From Planktothrix sp. GU0601_MAG3 (lineage in GTDB: Bacteria; Cyanobacteriota; Cyanobacteriia; Cyanobacteriales; Microcoleaceae), in the NCBI GenBank assembly GCA_035193785.1, contig CP136572.1:4340578-4404577 (forward strand): a stretch of 64,000 bases of DNA, read 5' to 3'. Made by a program: the position numbers and the translations under genes. Positions 56,717 through 64,000 of the stretch are shown here, piece after piece. Under the pieces are notes generated by a model that saw nothing but the letters and a program-made list of their open reading frames with translations, did no database searches and was not told the DNA's origin. Every line of letters starts with the position of its first letter. Position 1 is the stretch's first letter.

Positions 56717-57145
56717 TTAACCGATTGAGTTTTTGCTTTGATTTGTACCTTCCTGTGATGCTTTATAGATTTCTACCGCCCTATTAATAATAGTTTGAAA
56801 ATCTTTAGGCTCCCAAGGTTTGGTAATACACTTGAAAATATCAGCCGCCGCCAGGGTTGCAGAATCCACATCTAAAGCATCTTCAGAATAACCCGTGAGC
56901 AGAATCCTAATGGTATCAGGAAAAAGCTGGGCGACTCGCCTGAAAAACTCAATCCCAGTCATTTGGGGCATACTTTGGTCAGAAATAATCACCGCCATTT
57001 CACCTTCGGTGTCGAGAATATCCATCGCCCCCGAAGGACTATCGGCTCTAAATACCTGAAATTCCCGTCGGAATGTCCGATAGAGCAGATCGAGATTCTC
57101 TGGCTCATCATCAACCACCATGAGTTTCAGTTTGCTTCCAGGCAT
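56717..57145 (-). CDS. Single-domain response regulator
   Basis: VVDDE, ISDQSMP, LLTGY and KPW. Confidence 0.92.
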   Translation of the reverse strand: MPGSKLKLMVVDDEPENLDLLYRTFRREFQVFRADSPSGAMDILDTEGEMAVIISDQSMPQMTGIEFFRRVAQLFPDTIRILLTGYSEDALDVDSATLAAADIFKCITKPWEPKDFQTIINRAVEIYKASQEGTNQSKNSIG

Positions 57146-57174
57146 ACTTTTATCTCTGATAAAAACCTATTTAT

Positions 57175-57204
57175 AAAAAAGGCGAGACTCCCAAGAGTTC
57201 TCGC
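57175..57204 (-). terminator. Rho-independent terminator-like hairpin downstream of prfA
   Basis: GCGAGAACTCTTGGGAGTCTCGCCTTTTTT on the minus strand. Confidence 0.6.
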
Positions 57205-57271
57205 ACTTCCAGCATCCAGGGCTTAGTCAATTAGTGAAATAATCACAATATCAAAGCCAAAACTCTTTCAA

Positions 57272-58382
<1,111 letters not shown>

Positions 58383-58550
58383 AATCTCAGTTGTCCTTTG
58401 TCGGTTCCGCAGAGACCTGCCATGGCACATCTCTACTCAGAAATTCAAGATTTATTTAGCCATCGGTGGTTATCTAAATCTGATTGAGGGTCTTGATGGA
58501 ATGAATTCGATTTGAAATCAACCCCGTTTGCCCCAGGATTTGAAACGGTC

Positions 58551-58580
58551 AGTTGTCTGTAGGGTTCACGACAGACAACT
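58551..58580. terminator. Hairpin downstream of rpmE
   Basis: AGTTGTCTGT...ACAGACAACT inverted repeat. Confidence 0.55.
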
Positions 58581-58604
58581 AACGATGGACAAACGACAAC
58601 TTTG

Positions 58605-58832
58605 CTATTTCTGGGATTGCTTATCGTCGGTCATACCGTATTTCCGCAGGAAGCGCTCGACTCGTCCTTCTGTGTCTAGGATTTTTTGATTTCCGGTATA
58701 GAAGGGATGATTTCCCGACCACACATCAACATTAAGTCGAGGCTGGGTGGAACCAACGGTGGTGACTAATACACCGTTACAATAGACTTCGGCTTCTGGA
58801 TACCATTCAGGGTGAATACCAGGTTTAGGCAT
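58605..58832 (-). CDS. rpmE: 50S ribosomal protein L31
   Basis: MPKPGIHPEWY...DVWSGNHPFYTG...DTEGRVERF. Confidence 0.97.
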   Translation of the reverse strand: MPKPGIHPEWYPEAEVYCNGVLVTTVGSTQPRLNVDVWSGNHPFYTGNQKILDTEGRVERFLRKYGMTDDKQSQK

Positions 58833-58874
58833 GGTTTTGACGTTCTAAATTTTACGAGTTGTTAACTAACAATT

Positions 58875-59166
58875 GTGAACTACCCACACTGACTTGAAGT
58901 ACCAAGTACAGTGTCGGCTTCTGTACTCACAGGCGAATGCCTCAAGACAGACTTGTGTCCCCCTTTTGGTCTGACATCCCCTCCTACAGCAGAAACGGCT
59001 GCACCATCCGTTTTTAGCATTCTGATGCCTTCTATTCTAATTTCGTTACATATTACTACATAATACTGAAAAAAGATGGAGTCAACTCCTTACCTACGTT
59101 AACTTACACCGCCTCTGTTCTCACCGCTAACCTGGGTACAGGTAGAGCGGTGGACTTCCCTGTGGT
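58875..59166 (-). mobile_element. Internally deleted IS200/IS605 (tnpB) mini-element retaining both ends and the omegaRNA region
   Basis: Minus strand: TTAC, left hairpin CACCGCT-CTACCTG/CAGGT-TAGCGGTG, tnpB-tail remnant RIEGIRMLKTDG..GGDVRPK..RHSPVSTEADTVLGTSSQCG*, right hairpin ACACTG..CAGTGT ending TTCAC. Confidence 0.75.
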
Positions 59167-59171
59167 GTAAG

Positions 59172-59586
59172 TTAACGTTTGGAGTATTGAGGAGCCTTAC
59201 GCGCTTTGCGTAAACCATATTTTTTCCGCTCCGTAGCCCGGGGGTCACGGGTTAAGTACCCTTCGGTTTTCAGGGGTTTGCGGTGATCTGGGTTAAGTTC
59301 ACATAAGGCACGGGCCACTCCTAAACGGATGGACTCGGCTTGACCGGTTAAACCACCACCACTGGCATTGACCAAAATATCATAGTCATTTTCCAGGCCC
59401 AGGGTTTCTAAGGGAGACTTAGCCGCGACTAAATAGCCCTGGTTGTATTGCAGGTACAAATCCCCATCTTTACCATTAATGGTTAATTTGCCCGTACCCG
59501 GAACGAGGCGAACTCTTGCTACGGAAGACTTCCGACGGCCAGTTTCCCCAGTAAACGGCGCGTGTTGAATTATCAGTTGCTTGCAT
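59172..59586 (-). CDS. rpsI: 30S ribosomal protein S9 (frameshift ~59545)
   Basis: [20 protein letters not shown] and [19 protein letters not shown]. Confidence 0.97.
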
Positions 59587-60044
59587 TAATTATCTCCTGT
59601 TGGAATAGTATTGATGGTTAAGGTTTCGGGTTGTTGAGCTTGATGGGGATGATCTGGCCCTGCATAAACTTTGAGTTTAGTAAACAGGTTGCGTCCTAAA
59701 GCATTTTTGGGTAACATCCCCTTAATCGCCTGCTCAATAATTCTTTCTGGGATGCGGGCTTGCAATTTTTCAAAGGTTTCGGTCTTCATCCCACCCGGTC
59801 TACCGGAGTGACGACGATATAGTTTTTGACTGCGTTTTTTACCCGTAACTTCAATTTTTTCCGCATTTACAATAATTACAAAGTCACCCGTGTCCATGTG
59901 GGGGGTGTAAATGGGTTTATTTTTGCCCCGAATAATTCGGGCAACTTCCGTGGCTAAACGACCCAAACGTTGGTCAGCCGCATCGACAACATACCATTTT
60001 GGCTCTAGGGAAGCTTCTGAAGGTAGGAAGGTTTTTGTGCTCAT
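59586..60044 (-). CDS. rplM: 50S ribosomal protein L13
   Basis: [20 protein letters not shown] and GMLPKN. Confidence 0.98.
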   Translation of the reverse strand: MSTKTFLPSEASLEPKWYVVDAADQRLGRLATEVARIIRGKNKPIYTPHMDTGDFVIIVNAEKIEVTGKKRSQKLYRRHSGRPGGMKTETFEKLQARIPERIIEQAIKGMLPKNALGRNLFTKLKVYAGPDHPHQAQQPETLTINTIPTGDN

Positions 60045-60117
60045 TCTTGATTGTCCTTAAATTTAAGAATAAATGGAGTGTTAGCCTTTGATGGATTAAA
60101 CTTTACTCGGTTTACGA

Positions 60118-60924
60118 TCAACCAATGACAAGTTTGGGAAAGGTGTCAAACCAAATGTCAGGCTCAAAGGGAAACTCTGGATAACCGACTCGCAACAGGC
60201 AAAGTCCTTGGGCGGGCGCTGCATATTTAACGAGTTCTCGGCGTTCCTGAACCCAGATGTCCCGAAACTCCTCTAGGGATCGTTCCCCGTTTCCCACCTG
60301 TACCAGTAACCCGACTAACAACCTCATCATCCCGTATAGAAAGCCACTGGCTTGTACTTCGATATGGATGAAGGGATTTTGGCGTTGACAACTGACAAAC
60401 TGTAAGTCTACCCAAGCGTGGGGCCGAGAGGTGCCACTCCTTTGAAACGCCGATAGGTGGTGATATCCCACTAACTGTTCCAGGGCGGCTTGGATTAACT
60501 GTTCATCTAAAGGGTGATGATAGTAATGCCAACTGAAAGGCCGGACAAATAGGTTGGGTCGAGCATCTGTATAGAGGGTGTACCGATATCGACGCCATTT
60601 TGCCGAAAACCTAGCGTGCCAGGAGCTAGGAACAGAGGCAGATGCCCGAATCAACACATCCTCCGATAAACGGTTATTGAGAATGGTCGCCCAGCGATAG
60701 TCAGGAATATAGCTAGGGGCATTAAAATGAGCCACTTGTGCTGCTGCATGAACTCCCGTATCGGTGCGACCCGCCGCGTGGAGTGTCACTGGAGCTTGAG
60801 TTACCGTTGCAATCGCGGTTTCAATTTCCTCCTGTACCGTCCGTTGATTCGGTTGTCGCTGCCAACCTTGAAAGTGAGTTCCCTGATACTGAATCACTAA
60901 AGCAATACGCTGTTGATCCATCAC
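60118..60924 (-). CDS. truA: tRNA pseudouridine(38-40) synthase
   Basis: GWQRQ, AGRTDTGVHA, HARFSA and FLYGMMR. Confidence 0.96.
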   Translation of the reverse strand: MMDQQRIALVIQYQGTHFQGWQRQPNQRTVQEEIETAIATVTQAPVTLHAAGRTDTGVHAAAQVAHFNAPSYIPDYRWATILNNRLSEDVLIRASASVPSSWHARFSAKWRRYRYTLYTDARPNLFVRPFSWHYYHHPLDEQLIQAALEQLVGYHHLSAFQRSGTSRPHAWVDLQFVSCQRQNPFIHIEVQASGFLYGMMRLLVGLLVQVGNGERSLEEFRDIWVQERRELVKYAAPAQGLCLLRVGYPEFPFEPDIWFDTFPKLVIG

Positions 60925-60932
60925 ATAAATCA

Positions 60933-61105
60933 GTTTTCAGTAAACAGTTATCAGTTATCAGTTAAGGAGTTATTAGTTATTAGTTAAGAAGTTATCAGTC
61001 ATCAGGTAAGAATTAAAAATAGCTCATTAACTCTTAACTCACGCACTGATAACTGTTTACTGTTAACTCCTACACTGATAACTGTTTACTGTTAACTGAT
61101 AACTA
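60933..61105. repeat. TAACTGA-family composite repeat downstream of rplQ
   Basis: TTATCAG tracts and CACTGATAACTGTTTACTGTTAACTCCTA units. Confidence 0.8.
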
Positions 61106-61106
61106 A

Positions 61107-61457
61107 TTACACCAATTCAATAATTGCCATTTCGGCATTATCTCCCCGGCGGCTTACAGTTCTAACAATTCGGGTGTAACCCCCATTGCGAGAGCCATAC
61201 CGTGATGGCGCCGCATCAAATAACGAATGAACCAGTTGTTTATCATAGATATACCCCATGGCTTGGCGACGAGCCGATAAGGAGCCGTCTTTGGCCAGGG
61301 TAATCATTTTTTCTGCTTCCGATTGTACCGCTTTGGCTCTAACTTTAGTGGTGGTGATTCGGCCATGGCGAATCAGTTCTGTAGCCAGCGATCGCAGCAA
61401 TGCTTTTCGCTGGTCAGCAGGTTTGCCTAATTGGGGAACACGACAACGATGACGCAT
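61107..61457 (-). CDS. rplQ: 50S ribosomal protein L17
   Basis: MRHR...ITTTKVRAK...RNGGYTRI...[14 protein letters not shown]. Confidence 0.98.
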   Translation of the reverse strand: MRHRCRVPQLGKPADQRKALLRSLATELIRHGRITTTKVRAKAVQSEAEKMITLAKDGSLSARRQAMGYIYDKQLVHSLFDAAPSRYGSRNGGYTRIVRTVSRRGDNAEMAIIELV

Positions 61458-61489
61458 AATTACCTTCAGAGAGAAAATGATTGAGTGGT

Positions 61490-61650
61490 TTTATCAGTTA
61501 TCAGTTAACAGTTAACAGTTATCAGTTTAGGAGTTAATAGTAAACAGTTATCAGTGTAGGAGTTAATAGCAAACAGTTATTTTTAAATCCTTACCTGATT
61601 ATTGATAACTGAATTACTGAATTACTGATTACTGATAACTGATTACTAAC
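61490..61650. repeat. TAACTGA-family composite repeat upstream of rplQ, inverted relative to 60933-61105
   Basis: TAGGAGTTAATAGTAAACAGTTATCAGTG units. Confidence 0.8.
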
Positions 61651-62609
61651 TACTGATTACTAGCTACTGATTTAGATGCCCTTTCTTGAGGCAGTGTAAT
61701 TCCTAGGCGTTTTTGTAACGCCTCGATGACCTCCTCCGCAGACTTCTGACCGAAATTTTTAATTTCTAATAGGTCTTCTTGAGTATAATCTCGTAAGTCT
61801 GCGACCGAGTTAATTTGAGCACGTTTGAGACAGTTATAAGCCCGAACCGATAACTGTAGTTCTTCAATCGGGATTTGACTGGTTGGATCAACATCATTGT
61901 TTTGGTCACTTTTAATTGATTCCAAAGTGATGTCTTTCAACGGAGTGAACAAGTCCACCAGAATGGTCGCGGATTGGCTGATGGCTTCCTGGGGTGTTAA
62001 ACTCCCATTTGTCCAAATCTCCATGATCAGGCGGTCTTTTTCTAAAGTTCCGCCCACCCGTGCATCCTCAACGGTGTAATTCACTTTCCGTACTGGCATG
62101 AACACGGCATCAATTTGGAGAAAATCCAAAGCAATTGCCTCATCCCGATTGCGTTCAACGGCGCGATACCCAGTCCCCTTATCAACTTGGACTTCCATTT
62201 CCAAGGTTGATCCTGGGGATAGGGTAGCGATATATTGGTTTTTGTCTACGACCTCAACTTCTGAAGGCAGCTTAAAATGACCCGCCGTTACCGTAGCTGG
62301 ACCTTGAACTTCTAAGCGACCAATTTGCTTTTGGTGGGTATAGCTTTTGAGTACAACTTCTTTCAGGTTCAGCAAAATCTCTAAAACATCTTCCCTAACC
62401 CCTCGAATCGTTGCAAACTCATGATTAACATTGGCAAACCTTGCCGATGTAATCGCCGTTCCTTCTAAGTTCGAGAGTAAAACCCGTCTTAGAGCATTAC
62501 CAACCGTTGTCCCTTGACCCCGTTCTAACGGTTCTAAGACGAATTTTCCGTACTGACTCCGGTCTGTATCAGTGTTCGATTCAATACACTCAATCTTAAA
62601 CTGCGCCAC
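61650..62609 (-). CDS. rpoA: RNA polymerase alpha subunit
   Basis: EPLERGQGTTVGNALRR, IEELQLSVRAYNCLKR and NFGQKS; GTG start after GGAGG. Confidence 0.98.
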   Translation of the reverse strand: MAQFKIECIESNTDTDRSQYGKFVLEPLERGQGTTVGNALRRVLLSNLEGTAITSARFANVNHEFATIRGVREDVLEILLNLKEVVLKSYTHQKQIGRLEVQGPATVTAGHFKLPSEVEVVDKNQYIATLSPGSTLEMEVQVDKGTGYRAVERNRDEAIALDFLQIDAVFMPVRKVNYTVEDARVGGTLEKDRLIMEIWTNGSLTPQEAISQSATILVDLFTPLKDITLESIKSDQNNDVDPTSQIPIEELQLSVRAYNCLKRAQINSVADLRDYTQEDLLEIKNFGQKSAEEVIEALQKRLGITLPQERASKSVASNQ

Positions 62610-62744
62610 CGATGGACCTCCCTTCTCCATTGAACCCCAAAATGAATTGACAGTATAAGGCAAAGAATGAAACTAAACTTGAGTATTCATTCTTCCTAGA
62701 CAAGACACTAACTTCCACGTCTGTAACGCTATCAAAAGCTGTAG

Positions 62745-63137
62745 TTAAACGCGACGTCGTTTGGGAGGACGGCAACCATTATGGGGAATTGGAGTAATGT
62801 CTCGAATCAAGGTGATTTCTAAACCAGCCCCTTGCAGGGCTCGAATTGCAGTTTCTCTACCTGCACCTGGCCCGCTGACCATCACTTCAATCTGACGCAT
62901 TCCTTGATCATTGGCTCGGCGTCCCGCGTTTTCCGCGGCGGTTTGGGCAGCAAAGGGAGTCCCTTTTTTTGCCCCTTTAAACCCCGTAGACCCCGCAGAA
63001 GCCCAAGAAATGACTTCCCCATTCGGATCGGTAATCGTTACAATCGTGTTGTTGAAGGTGGATTGAATGTAGGCCAACCCATTCGGGACATTACGTTTTT
63101 GCTTTTTCGGCCCTGTTTTTTTCGTTTGTCGCGCCAT
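62745..63137 (-). CDS. rpsK: 30S ribosomal protein S11
   Basis: [16 protein letters not shown] and [13 protein letters not shown]. Confidence 0.98.
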   Translation of the reverse strand: MARQTKKTGPKKQKRNVPNGLAYIQSTFNNTIVTITDPNGEVISWASAGSTGFKGAKKGTPFAAQTAAENAGRRANDQGMRQIEVMVSGPGAGRETAIRALQGAGLEITLIRDITPIPHNGCRPPKRRRV

Positions 63138-63230
63138 AGTAATCTCGTTTACGATTTTCTTTGCGGTGAGTTGAGGAAACCTGCGGTTAGTTCAACCAGC
63201 AGTTCTTGTAAGTTGAAGCGTCTGGCTTAA

Positions 63231-63613
63231 TTATTTCTTAGCTGCCGCTTTTTTCTTACCAGCAACGGTACGGCGAACACCCCGACGGGTTTTCTAGCGT
63301 TCGTCCGAGTGCGTTGACCCCGCACAGGTAGACCTAAACGGTGGCGACGACCCCGATAGGTGCCGATATCCATGAGGCGCTTAATGTTCATCGCCTCCAC
63401 CCGTCGCAGATCTCCTTCTACCTGATACAGTTGGATGGCCGCCCGTAGGGCTGCCACATCGGCATCATTTAGATCTTTAATCCGGGTATCAGGATTAACA
63501 CCCGAGTCTTTGAGAATTTGTTGAGACCGCGAAAGTCCAATTCCATAAATGTAAGTCAGACCAATTTCAACACGTTTATCTCGTGGAAGGTCTACTCCGG
63601 CTATCCGTGCCAC
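63231..63613 (-). CDS. rpsM: 30S ribosomal protein S13 (indel near 3' end)
   Basis: [10 protein letters not shown]...[21 protein letters not shown]; corrected tail [19 protein letters not shown]. Confidence 0.97.
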
Positions 63614-63926
63614 AATGAACGTCTCCCTTTAAAATGTAACTAACGACAATGCCTAAATCATGCAGTAAAATGATAGGCAATTAATTGATTCCCAATTTGC
63701 TGAATGGCCCGAGGCTACGCACGCAGGTTGAAGCTACTGTACTGATTTCAACTGCACATTCTTTCCCTTGATCTGGGAAGGAATGGGATTGTATACTCTT
63801 GAGACTTAACAAGGGTTGAGACCTGTGCAAGTAAGGGCTTGAATCACAGAATTTTAATTGGTAAGCGTCTGTTTTTCGGTGTTTCAGCAAGACTCATAAT
63901 CCGTCCTCAGTGGACGACCTAGGGTG

Positions 63927-64000
63927 TTAACCTTGGCGCTGCTTATGCTTGGGATTAGAACAAATCACCATTACCCGTCCGCGACGGCGGATAACACGAC
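63927..64000 (-). CDS. rpmJ: 50S ribosomal protein L36 (5' end outside window)
   Basis: RVIRRRGRVMVICSNPKHKQRQG*. Confidence 0.95.
   Translation of the reverse strand, partial: RVIRRRGRVMVICSNPKHKQRQG

Noticed and set aside
63870..63925. Hammerhead ribozyme (CTGAGGA...GAAAC on the minus strand)
   Set aside because: Stems I and III cannot be formed convincingly.

Overview
A chromosomal window from a filamentous cyanobacterium. The Oscillatoriales, Planktothrix-like assignment is inferred from abundant HIP1 GCGATCGC sites, heptamer STRR repeats, kaiBC, pex, chlM and crtO. Most of it is housekeeping and signalling: adenylate cyclase, MBOAT, histidine kinases, kaiBC, map, chlM, manC, glk, suhB, crtO, an O-GlcNAc transferase, dprA, prfA and the rpmJ-rpsM-rpsK-rpoA-rplQ-truA-rplM-rpsI-rpmE cluster. 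About 25 genes, including essential ones, are split by single-base indels in short homopolymers; I read these as sequencing errors and report each as one CDS. Accessory highlights: (1) an IsrB (HNH-less IscB family) OMEGA element with upstream omegaRNA, inserted exactly at the suhB start codon, whose ATGA fits the NTGA TAM; (2) a ~290-bp TnpB-derived IS200/IS605 mini-element (ends plus omegaRNA region only) between rpsI and rpmE; (3) an orphan CRISPR array with leader, 21 repeats and 20 spacers and no cas genes; (4) a 16.4-23.2 kb patch of toxin-antitoxin relics containing an HIP1-flanked module of an HTH gene, two divergent unknown genes and helically phased operator-like repeats; (5) kaiBC without an adjacent kaiA. 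All calls come from reading the sequence; no searches were run.
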